This document shows, one piece after another, positions 1 through 9,025 of a DNA stretch of 64,000 nt. The notes below the pieces were generated by a model, which saw only the letters and a list, made by a program, of their open reading frames with translations, made no database searches and had not been told where the DNA came from. The translations under genes and the position numbers were made by a program. This stretch comes from an uncultured Roseivirgaceae bacterium (GTDB lineage Bacteria > Bacteroidota > Bacteroidia > Cytophagales > Cyclobacteriaceae). Location: contig CAYUJK010000001.1 of assembly GCA_964444895.1 (NCBI GenBank), positions 767 through 64,766 of the forward strand. Direction: 5' to 3'. The number at the start of each line of letters is the position of its first letter. Position 1 is the stretch's first letter.

Positions 1-1
1 A

Positions 2-526
2 GCAATATTAGCAGAACTGAACGAGTGGGACTTGTCTTGCTCTGAAGAGCCAACACTCAAAACAGAACTCGCGAAAGCATTAGGGAGAATAGTGAAAAAC
101 CATTTTATACCAGAGGTTTGTGTTGAATGGATTGTGTGGCTGGACAGACAGAATTTCAATAGAAGAATCGATATAGAAGAATGGCGTTGGCGCGCATCGA
201 AGCGTAACTTTTGCGACAACTATGGCAGAAACCCAATTGAAGAGCTTAGGTCAGAAATAGAGATAATCGAATCGATAAGTGGCGTATTGGAAAAAATAGA
301 AGCATTAACGAAAGCAGTGAATCAACCTTCCGTGCCCGGCATTAGGTTCACCCCGCCTTCCGATAAACAGATGGTTGAGATTGCGACATTGTTTAATGAT
401 GGAAAGCTCGAAGCAGATAAGCTGGCTGATATGGTGGCTTACGGGCAACTCATAATAGACAGGCTCTACGAAAACGGGGATGTTAGCGTCCCAAGTTCTA
501 AGGAAGAAACGAAATCAAAGAAATGA
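2..526 (+). CDS. hypothetical protein, 5' end probably outside the window
   Basis: The frame of ORF 32..526 stays open back to nt 2 (AILAELNEWD precedes the TTG at 32). No motif recognised. Confidence 0.6.
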   Translation, partial: AILAELNEWDLSCSEEPTLKTELAKALGRIVKNHFIPEVCVEWIVWLDRQNFNRRIDIEEWRWRASKRNFCDNYGRNPIEELRSEIEIIESISGVLEKIEALTKAVNQPSVPGIRFTPPSDKQMVEIATLFNDGKLEADKLADMVAYGQLIIDRLYENGDVSVPSSKEETKSKK

Positions 527-576
527 GTTATAGAGAAATCTAACACCCATATATCAAAATTAAAATTATCCAGGAC

Positions 577-1176
577 ATGACAAACACAAAATCACATGCG
601 AAACGAGAATTGGAGATACTCGCAAAAACAACTCCTGATGCTATTGTAACTCCATTTTCTGATGAGATAATTGCCTTATGCGAAGCGTTTGGCAGGTCAG
701 GACAAAGTGGTGGTTCAGCACCATATACCGCTTCTGCTATTTCACAGGCGGTAAAAAAACTGATGATGTTTGAAACACTTGCCCCGCTTACTGGCGAAGA
801 TGATGAATGGACAGATATTTCTACTATTAACGATGGAAAACCGATGTTTCAAAATAACAGAGATAGCCGTGTTTTCAAAAATGGTAAAGATGGACAAGCA
901 TACTTCATTGATGCTATTGTTTTTGATGGAAATATTGGCGGTCGATTTACCGGAAATGGAAGTGTAACCCATAATGGTGAGAATATTGGGAGCACTCAGT
1001 ACATTAAAGAATTTCCATTTACACCCAAGACATTTTACGTTGATGTGATTGACCATAGATGGGCGGATAAAGAAGAAAAAACACCTGATGAAAATGGAGA
1101 CTGGTGGACACATTCAATTCAGGACGAATCACAACTAAAAGAGGTGTTTGAATACTACGACAAATTGACTTCTTAA
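577..1176 (+). CDS. hypothetical protein
   Basis: ATG-initiated 199-aa ORF, tightly packed with its neighbours. No motif recognised. Confidence 0.7.
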   Translation: MTNTKSHAKRELEILAKTTPDAIVTPFSDEIIALCEAFGRSGQSGGSAPYTASAISQAVKKLMMFETLAPLTGEDDEWTDISTINDGKPMFQNNRDSRVFKNGKDGQAYFIDAIVFDGNIGGRFTGNGSVTHNGENIGSTQYIKEFPFTPKTFYVDVIDHRWADKEEKTPDENGDWWTHSIQDESQLKEVFEYYDKLTS

Positions 1177-1179
1177 AAC

Positions 1180-2271
1180 ATGAGTTATAAAGAAATCTAC
1201 ATCAAGCCCCACACCCCTAAGTGGTACCAGTTCCGAATGAGGGGAATAGGTTCTTCCGAAGCGCCATCGGTGTGCTCCATCTACTCCGAGCCATTGGCCC
1301 AGGAAACCTACGTGTCCGGCGTGAAAACTTTCATGGAGAAAATAGGCGAACCCGTACCCCCCTTCATGGGCAACATCCACACTGAATCCGGACATTTCCA
1401 TGAGCCTCATATGATCGGTCTGTACAGACATTTCGACAAAACCAATGATGACCCTGTCCACGTGTTTATTAATCGCACCAAAGGGCTGAAATTCAACCGC
1501 GTGGTGCGTAGGCAGGCGTATGTGGTCAACAGGAAGTACCCGTGGCTATTTGGATCCCCCGATGCCTTTGGTTACAAAGGTAAAAAGAGGTACGGTGTAG
1601 AGGCTAAGTTCACTAATTCTATTGATGCCGGTAAGTACGTCAACAAAATCAGCCCCAGCTTCATTATCCAGGTAATGACCATATTGATCATCACCGGATG
1701 GGAATATGTGGACGTGTGCATCTTCATAGACGGAAAATGGTTTCACGTACACACGGTAACCCCGGATAAAGAGTGGTTTGATTTCATCATAGAATCCACG
1801 TATGACTTTTGGTCAAAAGTACAGGAAGCCAGAAACATAAAAATAAAATACGGGGTAGAGAGCTATTACGGCGTTCACGAGGACTTTATGCCGGCTGAGT
1901 GGAAGGAGGCTAAAGAAGAGTTAAAGGGTAATTCCCCGGTAGGGGTATTGCAGTCTTTAGAGCCGGAGTTTACGGGGACGGGCGTGGAGCATGAGTTTAT
2001 CAAAAAAATGATCATACCACGGGCTGATGATTCGGTAATGGAGATCACCCAGGAGCAGTGGGAGATACTTATGAAATATAAGGAAAACCTGAATATGGAA
2101 AAGAAGTACGCCAACGAGAAGGCCAAAAGCCAGCACGGGTTGATCAGGTCCCTCGGTGGGTATAACCGAGCTGAGATACCGGAGGACACAAGCTCATACT
2201 TTTCCTACAAAGAGAATAAGAATGGTGAGGCAAGGCTTTATGTGTCGGATAAATTATTGAATCAAATATGA
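1180..2271 (+). CDS. YqaJ-like (lambda-exonuclease fold, PD-(D/E)XK) recombination exonuclease
   Basis: N-terminal W..FR.RGIGSSEAPSV signature. SPDAF...VEAKF (D...ExK) catalytic block. IIQVMTILIITGWEYVDV block typical of the YqaJ family. Confidence 0.85.
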   Translation: MSYKEIYIKPHTPKWYQFRMRGIGSSEAPSVCSIYSEPLAQETYVSGVKTFMEKIGEPVPPFMGNIHTESGHFHEPHMIGLYRHFDKTNDDPVHVFINRTKGLKFNRVVRRQAYVVNRKYPWLFGSPDAFGYKGKKRYGVEAKFTNSIDAGKYVNKISPSFIIQVMTILIITGWEYVDVCIFIDGKWFHVHTVTPDKEWFDFIIESTYDFWSKVQEARNIKIKYGVESYYGVHEDFMPAEWKEAKEELKGNSPVGVLQSLEPEFTGTGVEHEFIKKMIIPRADDSVMEITQEQWEILMKYKENLNMEKKYANEKAKSQHGLIRSLGGYNRAEIPEDTSSYFSYKENKNGEARLYVSDKLLNQI

Positions 2272-2672
2272 AATCATTAGAAGATCAAGTATTAAACCAG
2301 TGCGTCCACTTTACAGGTATTTATGTCAACAAAACCTGTAATGCAGGTATAGCATACGATGAAGTTGTAGATAAATCGTCAAAACCATATAGATTCCCTT
2401 GTTTGAAGGAAGTCCTTTTTACCGGAGGATCATGTGAAAAAGCAACGTTTCCGTCAGAGGAAGAGGCAAAGGATGAGGTTGATAGGATGACCAAATCAGC
2501 ATCAGGGTCGATTAAGGCGCTTATGCTTGTCAAAGAATATTTTCAAAAGACTGGCGAAAGAAAAGGCAAACTAAAGTGTCCCGTGTGCGGAGGACAACTG
2601 TTGTTTATTGTGGCAGAAACAAACAATCACGTCCGTATATCATGTTCCTGCGGCATTTCGGTTATGGAATAA
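2268..2672 (+). CDS. Cys-rich putative zinc-binding protein
   Basis: ATGA overlap with the upstream gene. C-terminal CPVCGG...x16...CSCG zinc-ribbon-like pattern plus further Cys residues. Confidence 0.6.
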   Translation: MKSLEDQVLNQCVHFTGIYVNKTCNAGIAYDEVVDKSSKPYRFPCLKEVLFTGGSCEKATFPSEEEAKDEVDRMTKSASGSIKALMLVKEYFQKTGERKGKLKCPVCGGQLLFIVAETNNHVRISCSCGISVME

Positions 2673-2700
2673 TTTAACTTCAGGCAAATAAAAAAATAAT

Positions 2701-3672
2701 ATGGCAAAGAAAAACTTAGCACAGCAGGCCGTAGAGAGCCAGGCTGAAATGAAAGAAGAGATGTTTCCGGCAGTATCAAAGGAAACCGAAGTAATATCCC
2801 TGGACTTCGATGGGATAAAAGAACAAGAGCTACACCAACTGGCAAAAGACTACGCCAACCTGGTGGTAACCGAAGAGAAAGCATCATTTGATGCCGGTAA
2901 GAAAGCGAGGCTTGCACTCAGGAACGAACGCTACAACATTCAGAACATCGTGAAGGAAAAGAAAGCCATCCTGAATGAAGTGAAGAAAAAGATTGAGGAC
3001 AAAGGAGATAAATACATTTCCATCATACTCCCGGCGGAAGAGCATATAGACTCCCAAATCAAAGAAATCGAAGCTGAACAAAACCGGATCAAAGAAGAAA
3101 AGCGATTGGCTGAGGAAGAGCGTAAAAGAAAGCTCCAGGAAGAGTCCGTGGCTTACGTAGAAGCATGGAGACAAAAGGTCAGGGAGTGCACAACTACATC
3201 CGCCCTCAAAAAGCTCGCTAAAGAGATGGAGAACGCCGTGGTACCGGATTTCGAGGACTATTATAATGGGGTGGTTATCCACATCAACAACATCATTGAG
3301 TCCGAGATACCGGAGAGGTCTCACATCTTACTCAAAGAGTCTGAATTGGCTAAACAACAAGCGGAGAATGAAAAGCTGAGAAAACAGTTGATGGAACTTG
3401 AAAAAGACAAGACCCGCAACGAGACAGTAGAATCGGAAGAGCCTCTTGGATACCAAGGTATCCCTGACGACACTGTTACCTTTTATGTCAAAGAGGCAAA
3501 AAAAACCGAGGAGTTTTTAAGGGATTCCTCAGCAAGTATGCATATTGTGGTTCCTTTTGACCTTGCCACTAATACGGCGGTCACTGACCTTGTTAAAGAG
3601 GTGAACTCGCGACTGGAAGAAGTTCAAAACTTCATGAACAAAGAAATCGACAAGTTGTTCCCAAAAGACTAA
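2701..3672 (+). CDS. Lys/Glu-rich coiled-coil protein of the recombination module, function unknown
   Basis: 323-aa ORF with long heptad-like K/E-rich stretches (EIEAEQNRIKEEKRLAEEERKRKLQEE). Function suggested only by position next to the exonuclease. Confidence 0.6.
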   Translation: MAKKNLAQQAVESQAEMKEEMFPAVSKETEVISLDFDGIKEQELHQLAKDYANLVVTEEKASFDAGKKARLALRNERYNIQNIVKEKKAILNEVKKKIEDKGDKYISIILPAEEHIDSQIKEIEAEQNRIKEEKRLAEEERKRKLQEESVAYVEAWRQKVRECTTTSALKKLAKEMENAVVPDFEDYYNGVVIHINNIIESEIPERSHILLKESELAKQQAENEKLRKQLMELEKDKTRNETVESEEPLGYQGIPDDTVTFYVKEAKKTEEFLRDSSASMHIVVPFDLATNTAVTDLVKEVNSRLEEVQNFMNKEIDKLFPKD

Positions 3673-3710
3673 ATTTATTGCCCATTTCGAAATGCTTAAC
3701 AATAAAAATC

Positions 3711-4250
3711 ATGATTGAAATTCAAAAAGTAAAAATCAAGCCGGGTAACCTGCTAAATGTAGAGTACCGGCAGCTATCCGTAATCGACGGTGAGGCGGTC
3801 AATGTAGGCGATTTCCTGATGGTGGGTGGTTATCCTGCCGCAGACAGCCTCATCGATGCCTTCGAGCCACTGACGCTGCACTTCGCTATGCTGACAGAGT
3901 GCATAGATGAAGGAAAGATGTCCAGGGAAGACTTTGATGAGGTCGACGCCCTTCTGGAAAAGCACGTCGTGTTGAAAAACATGAGCTGCACCAAGTTCGT
4001 GATCTCAGGGTCCAACAACGAGGTGCTCACCTTATGCGGAACCCGTAAGACCCGGTATGGAAAAGCGGTGAACATGAATGGCCAGCTGAACAACTACAAC
4101 CAGGCCGAATGCCCGTATGAGTTCGCTGACATGCTTCGCGATCATATTGACGCGCTCAAGGCGGAGGTGGCACGGTACGTCAACGGGCACGGCAAGACGG
4201 TACAGTTGGAGCTTTTTGCAGCCCCACAGGAATTAGCGGCTGTTGAGTAA
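3711..4250 (+). CDS. hypothetical protein
   Basis: The track ORF 3678..4250 starts at TTG. The first ATG (MIEIQKV) is at 3711. The gene is followed by a terminator hairpin. Confidence 0.6.
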   Translation: MIEIQKVKIKPGNLLNVEYRQLSVIDGEAVNVGDFLMVGGYPAADSLIDAFEPLTLHFAMLTECIDEGKMSREDFDEVDALLEKHVVLKNMSCTKFVISGSNNEVLTLCGTRKTRYGKAVNMNGQLNNYNQAECPYEFADMLRDHIDALKAEVARYVNGHGKTVQLELFAAPQELAAVE

Positions 4251-4271
4251 AGAGGCTGTGTTGATTGATGT

Positions 4272-4304
4272 GCGGGGGCGCTGTATTGGCGCTCCTGCAT
4301 TTTG
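4272..4304 (+). terminator. rho-independent terminator candidate
   Basis: GCGGGGGCGC (4272-4281) pairs with GCGCTCCTGC (4289-4298), including two G-U pairs. 7-nt loop, followed by ATTTTGAATTT. Confidence 0.6.
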
Positions 4305-4326
4305 AATTTGACAACTATTGTTTACA

Positions 4327-4354
4327 TTTGATAAAGCAAATTCTATTACTTTTG
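4327..4354 (+). promoter_or_regulatory. Bacteroidota-type promoter candidate (TTTG ... TAnnTTTG)
   Basis: Perfect -7 box TACTTTTG at 4347-4354 and TTTG at 4327-4330. The 16-nt spacer is shorter than the usual optimum. Confidence 0.45.
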
Positions 4355-4400
4355 TAGGAGAGGGTGATAGAATTCGATAAGGATTCCAAAACCTTAACAG

Positions 4401-4428
4401 CCCGACATCTCCTACTGTCGGGTTTTTT
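4401..4428 (+). terminator. terminator/attenuator hairpin immediately upstream of the 4434 start codon
   Basis: CCCGACA (4401-4407) pairs with TGTCGGG (4416-4422), followed by TTTTTT (4423-4428). The ATG is at 4434. Confidence 0.6.
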
Positions 4429-4433
4429 ATTGT

Positions 4434-5147
4434 ATGATTCAGAAATCAAAGCACTCAGGAAACTATACGGTAATTCCAAACGAGATTAGAGAACAGGGAC
4501 TAAGCCTTACGGCAATAGGATTAATGACGTGTCTTTTAGGCACCCATCATAACTTGACCCCCATCAACAAAAACAAACTATACAAGATGTTCCCTGAAGG
4601 TAGGGCGAGGATAGATAAAGCGTGGGAAGAGTTGGTGAAAAAGGGATATATTGTATCAACACAAAAAGTTGACAGTAAGGGACAGTTTATTGATGTTGAA
4701 CATGTTGTTCATGACAAGCCGATCAATAATCACCACAATGTTATTCTTGGCGGGGTACAGAATAACTATACAAAGCATAAAATCACGCCCTCAAATGGGA
4801 ATTATAAATTATTTATAGAGAAGTGGTTCAATTTTTTTGAGAAACAAGGGTTACCCAAACCCGTCATGAATGGAGTGCAAGGCAAATCTATGAAAGCCCT
4901 TGTCACTTATTTTGAAGCCAGAAGTAAAGAAAAAGGTTCAAACCCGGTAGATGCTTTTGAGTATGTGTTAAACCACTGGCACGATTTAGAGGAATGGATG
5001 CAGACGGCAGCTTTAGATTTAAAGGTGTTCGCCTCAAAATTGAATTCAATATTAAGCCAAATCAAAAATGGATCAAGAACAAAACAATCAGTTGTCCAAG
5101 ACATCGTCTCAAGGGCAAAAGGTTCAGAATACTTTGACAAACTCTGA
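4434..5147 (+). CDS. putative replication initiation/organiser protein with N-terminal winged-helix
   Basis: The N-terminus (GNYTVIPNEIREQGLSLTAIGLMTCLLG) resembles the DNA-binding N-domain of phage replication organiser/DnaD-like proteins. The gene lies directly upstream of the helicase. Confidence 0.45.
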   Translation: MIQKSKHSGNYTVIPNEIREQGLSLTAIGLMTCLLGTHHNLTPINKNKLYKMFPEGRARIDKAWEELVKKGYIVSTQKVDSKGQFIDVEHVVHDKPINNHHNVILGGVQNNYTKHKITPSNGNYKLFIEKWFNFFEKQGLPKPVMNGVQGKSMKALVTYFEARSKEKGSNPVDAFEYVLNHWHDLEEWMQTAALDLKVFASKLNSILSQIKNGSRTKQSVVQDIVSRAKGSEYFDKL

Positions 5148-5190
5148 TAAAGAGGTGTTGATAAGTTCTGTGTCGAAATATGCTTTAGCA

Positions 5191-5412
5191 ATGGATGTCC
5201 CCATGTCCGCCGACAGAATATCCATATTGGTTTCCGACATAGAGGAAGTGTTTGGCCGGGATAAACTGGAAAAGGTATTGACCGTCATCAAAAAGGGGCG
5301 ACAGGGGTATTATGGAGATAATTACCGTAGTCTGAACATGGTGTTGATCCAAAAGTGGTATAAAGAGGAATACCGACAATCTCCCATCTCAGTTTCAATG
5401 AAAGAATATTAA
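5191..5412 (+). CDS. hypothetical small protein upstream of the helicase (start uncertain)
   Basis: Track ORF 5068..5412 overlaps the previous gene by 80 nt. The first non-overlapping starts are GTG 5155 and ATG 5191. Its stop overlaps the dnaB ATG. Confidence 0.5.
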   Translation: MDVPMSADRISILVSDIEEVFGRDKLEKVLTVIKKGRQGYYGDNYRSLNMVLIQKWYKEEYRQSPISVSMKEY

Positions 5413-7868
5413 TGGAACAAACTCAACACACCGAGCATTTTAGCAAACTACCACCACAGGCCGTAGACGTGGAAGAGGCAGTAATAGGGGCTTTGATGCT
5501 TGAGAGCGGGGCCTTTGGGATGGTGGCTGATATTTTAAAGCCAGAGCATTTCTACAAAGACGCCAATAAACTCATCTATTCAGCTATTACGACTTTGTAT
5601 GGAAAATCTGAACCCATCGACATTTTAACGGTAACAGACCAACTCAAGAAAACCAACACATTAGACCTCATTGGGGGGACGTACCATATTTTAGAATTAA
5701 CCGACAAAGTACATTCAGCAGCCAACATCGAGCAACACGCCAGGATCATCCTGGAGAAGAGCATAAAACGATCACTAATAGAAGCCGGCTCCACCCTTCA
5801 GCAAAAAGGGTATGACGACACCGTGGATGTTTTTGAATTGATGGAAGTGGCCGAAAAGACTATCATAGGCATTCATCAAGAATCACACAAAAAGCAAGTA
5901 GAGCATGTTTCAAGTGTTTCTGATAGATATTTTAAGGACATAGCCCATAAAGCCCAACAAAAGCAAGATATTACGGGTGTGCCCTGCGGGATATTGTCTA
6001 TTGACCAAGTTACGCATGGATGGCAAGACGGTGATTTGATTATTATTGCAGCCCGGCCCGGCATGGGAAAAGCGCAGCCGTTTTGGTCAAAAGTGGTCAC
6101 TGAAAACGGATATAAGATGATGGGAGATGTCCAGGTAGGCGATATTGTTTTCAATAGGCTTGGAAAAAAGACAAAAGTCGTTGGGGTTTTTGACCAGGGC
6201 AAAAAACCAATATACAAAATAACATTTAGCGACAACACCTTTACACACTCATGCGACGAGCACTTGTGGTTTGTGCAAAGCAGGCAAGATAGGAGAGTTG
6301 GCCTTCCGGGATCTGTTATGGAGTTAAGTCAAATTAAAAAACAGCTTAGAGTAGGGTCTGATAATCGCCTAAATTATTGTGTTCCGTATTGTGATCCGGT
6401 CGAATTTGATAAAAAATATTTGCCTGTAAAACCTTATTTGTTAGGTGTTTTAATAGGTGATGGATGCTTAAATAAGCGCTCAATTGTAATCAGCAACCCA
6501 GAGGCTGATATAGTTGAAAGATGTTCGGAACTAATACCTGATGGAGAGGTGTTAGTAAAATCCACTAAGATTGATTATAGGCTAATAAAGAGAAAATTAG
6601 GCCCGTATTTAAGTGAAACAGCCATACAACTGCAATCTCTTGGATTGTATAGTTCGGTTTCAGATGAAAAATTTATTCCACACCCTTATCTTCATTCGTG
6701 CGTAGAGGATCGTATTGATTTATTGAGAGGCCTTTTAGATACTGATGGATTTGTGACAAAAGGGCAATCAAACATAGAGTTTTCTACCGTCAGCCGGAGG
6801 CTTAAAGATGACATAACGTATTTGGTAGCAAGCCTTGGTGGAAACGCAAATTTCAAAAAACTAAGTGGAAATTACTTGAAAAACGGAGTTAGGACGCACA
6901 CCAAAGATTACTATAGAATCAACATCGCATTGCCGTCTGATATTTTACCCTTTAATTCCAATAAGAACATATCGAAGTTTAAGCCGCGAGAAAGGCCGTT
7001 CAATAAATTTATAGAATCTATTAGGTACGAAGGAGACCATGACTGTAGGTGTATAATGGTTGATTCCGATGACCATTTATATCTAACTGATGATTTTATT
7101 GTGACTCATAATACTGCCCTATCCCTCACGTTTGCCAGGAACACAGCAGTTAACTTTAAAAAAGGGGTGGCCATATTTTCTCTTGAGATGACCTCCGAGC
7201 AGTTATTCAACAGACTGTTGTCCATAGAGTCGGAGATAGACTCTTCCAGGATTAAACACGGCAAAATACAAGGGCATGAGTGGACGGCTCTATCAAACGC
7301 AAAAGATAAGCTTGATAGCGCCCCCATATTTATTGACGACACGCCGGCACTATCTATACTGGAGCTACGCGCGAAAGCCATGAGGCTCAAAGCAAAAGAG
7401 GGTATAGGGTTGATTATTGTGGATTATGCGCAGCTAATGACCAGTGGAGAAAAATCAGTGAAAAACAGGGACCTTGAATTGGGGATTATAAGCAGGGGAT
7501 TAAAGGCGTTGGCCAAAGACCTACGGGTTCCCGTGATTACTTTATGCCAGCTATCCAGGGCCGTGGAAACCAGGGCAGACAAACGGCCACAGTTATCCGA
7601 CCTCCGGGAAAGCGGTAACTTTGAGAATGATGCGGATATAGTGGCTTTTTTGTATCGGCCTGAGTACTACAATATTCTGCAAGATGATGCGGGGAACAGT
7701 TTGGTTGGGGTGGCGCAATTTGAGATAGCCAAACATCGGCACGGGGCCCTGCACCGGAAGAACATAAGGTTTGTGGATAAGCTCACTAAGTTTATGGACT
7801 TAGCATCACCTTCAATTCCTCCGCCGGTCACACAAACGAACATGTTTAAAAACGATGTCCCTTATTGA
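5412..7868 (+). CDS. dnaB: replicative DNA helicase DnaB, interrupted by an intein in the Walker A P-loop
   Basis: DnaB N-domain (LPPQAVDVEEAVIGALML...). Walker A is split as ARPGMGK / TALSL. Walker B is IIVDYAQLM. CQLSR and RESGNFENDAD motifs are present. The protein is 818 aa including a 347-aa insert. Confidence 0.95.
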   Translation: MEQTQHTEHFSKLPPQAVDVEEAVIGALMLESGAFGMVADILKPEHFYKDANKLIYSAITTLYGKSEPIDILTVTDQLKKTNTLDLIGGTYHILELTDKVHSAANIEQHARIILEKSIKRSLIEAGSTLQQKGYDDTVDVFELMEVAEKTIIGIHQESHKKQVEHVSSVSDRYFKDIAHKAQQKQDITGVPCGILSIDQVTHGWQDGDLIIIAARPGMGKAQPFWSKVVTENGYKMMGDVQVGDIVFNRLGKKTKVVGVFDQGKKPIYKITFSDNTFTHSCDEHLWFVQSRQDRRVGLPGSVMELSQIKKQLRVGSDNRLNYCVPYCDPVEFDKKYLPVKPYLLGVLIGDGCLNKRSIVISNPEADIVERCSELIPDGEVLVKSTKIDYRLIKRKLGPYLSETAIQLQSLGLYSSVSDEKFIPHPYLHSCVEDRIDLLRGLLDTDGFVTKGQSNIEFSTVSRRLKDDITYLVASLGGNANFKKLSGNYLKNGVRTHTKDYYRINIALPSDILPFNSNKNISKFKPRERPFNKFIESIRYEGDHDCRCIMVDSDDHLYLTDDFIVTHNTALSLTFARNTAVNFKKGVAIFSLEMTSEQLFNRLLSIESEIDSSRIKHGKIQGHEWTALSNAKDKLDSAPIFIDDTPALSILELRAKAMRLKAKEGIGLIIVDYAQLMTSGEKSVKNRDLELGIISRGLKALAKDLRVPVITLCQLSRAVETRADKRPQLSDLRESGNFENDADIVAFLYRPEYYNILQDDAGNSLVGVAQFEIAKHRHGALHRKNIRFVDKLTKFMDLASPSIPPPVTQTNMFKNDVPY
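6072..7112 (+). mobile_element. intein (347 aa) with LAGLIDADG homing-endonuclease domain, class-3-like signature
   Basis: The insert sits between GMGK(220) and T(568) of the P-loop. It starts with Ala (GCG at 6072) and ends ...IVTHN (AAT 7110-7112) before Thr+1. Two LAGLIDADG motifs: LLGVLIGDGCL and LLRGLLDTDGFV. Block B is CDEHLW and block F is DCRCIMVDSDDHLYL. Confidence 0.85.
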
Positions 7869-7920
7869 GGGCTAACGTTGAGTGTGACCGCAATAACGAA
7901 TTAAAAACGAAAAATAGATT

Positions 7921-8670
7921 ATGGACAAATTAAACATGAAAAAGCCAATCGTATTCTTCGATATAGAATCGACTGGCGTAAACCCGGAATCAGACAGGAT
8001 AGTAGAACTGTCGATGTTGAAAGTATTTCCCGACGGGAAAACAGAGATTAAAACCAGGAGGCTAAATCCGGGGATACCAATATCGCCGGGGGCAACTGAA
8101 GTGCATGGCATCTCCAACGAAGACGTGAAAGATGAGCCCACATTCCCAAGTGTCGCCAAGTCGGTATGGGGGTTTATGGACGGATGTTCGCTGGCCGCCT
8201 ACAACGGCATCAACTTTGACATTCCGATGTTGGCCAAAGAATTTGAAAGGGCCTCTGTCGCGCACACCATGTATGAGACAGAAATCATTGATCCTTTGGA
8301 GTTGTTCTCTAAAATCCTCCCCCGGACACTTACTTCAGCCTATAAGTTTTTCTGCGGCAAAGACCTGGAGGGAGCACACGGAGCTGAGGCTGACATAGTA
8401 GCAACGAAAGAGATATTTGAGGTTATGGTGGAACAGCATGGCGATGTGATCGGGACTACTATTGAGGAAATAGCGAAGAACTCACGCAAGGAAGGCGCTG
8501 TGGACTTGGCCGGCAAGATAGTGATGGATGACAAAGGCGTGTATGTGTACAATTTTGGCAGAGACAAGGGGAAGTCAGTCAGGATGTTCCCGTCCTTTGC
8601 TTACTGGATGTTTGACCAGTCGTTCATCACCGAGGAAACAAAAATGTGGTTACGTAAAATATTAGGGTGA
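7921..8670 (+). CDS. DnaQ-like DEDDh 3'-5' exonuclease
   Basis: Exo I is FFDIESTG, Exo II is AYNGINFDIPML, Exo III is HGAEADIVAT. Confidence 0.85.
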   Translation: MDKLNMKKPIVFFDIESTGVNPESDRIVELSMLKVFPDGKTEIKTRRLNPGIPISPGATEVHGISNEDVKDEPTFPSVAKSVWGFMDGCSLAAYNGINFDIPMLAKEFERASVAHTMYETEIIDPLELFSKILPRTLTSAYKFFCGKDLEGAHGAEADIVATKEIFEVMVEQHGDVIGTTIEEIAKNSRKEGAVDLAGKIVMDDKGVYVYNFGRDKGKSVRMFPSFAYWMFDQSFITEETKMWLRKILG

Positions 8671-8676
8671 AGGATT

Positions 8677-9024
8677 ATGAAAAAACCAAATATTCCACCG
8701 GGAGAATGGTCTATTGGCCAAGACTTTTCTAATGGCATTATAGATACACTTGAAGCATATCCGATCGTAACAAAAGATGAAGATGGTGAAGAATGGGACA
8801 TCGCAGCAATTTGGAAAGATTGTATAGGCGATACTTCTGAAAATGCCAACGTTGTAATCACAGCCGGGAACTTAACAAACAAGGGGTTTAATATTAGGGC
8901 CATTGAAGAGATGTATGAGGTGCTACAAGACACCCTGGAATGCTTAATTAACATCGGGTGTACTGATGAGTCTGAAGCTGTTAAAAATATCAAACAAGCC
9001 CTTAAAAACGCTAAGTATGAATAA
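8677..9024 (+). CDS. hypothetical acidic protein
   Basis: ATG ORF, 115 aa, no motif recognised. Confidence 0.6.
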   Translation: MKKPNIPPGEWSIGQDFSNGIIDTLEAYPIVTKDEDGEEWDIAAIWKDCIGDTSENANVVITAGNLTNKGFNIRAIEEMYEVLQDTLECLINIGCTDESEAVKNIKQALKNAKYE

Positions 9025-9025
9025 C

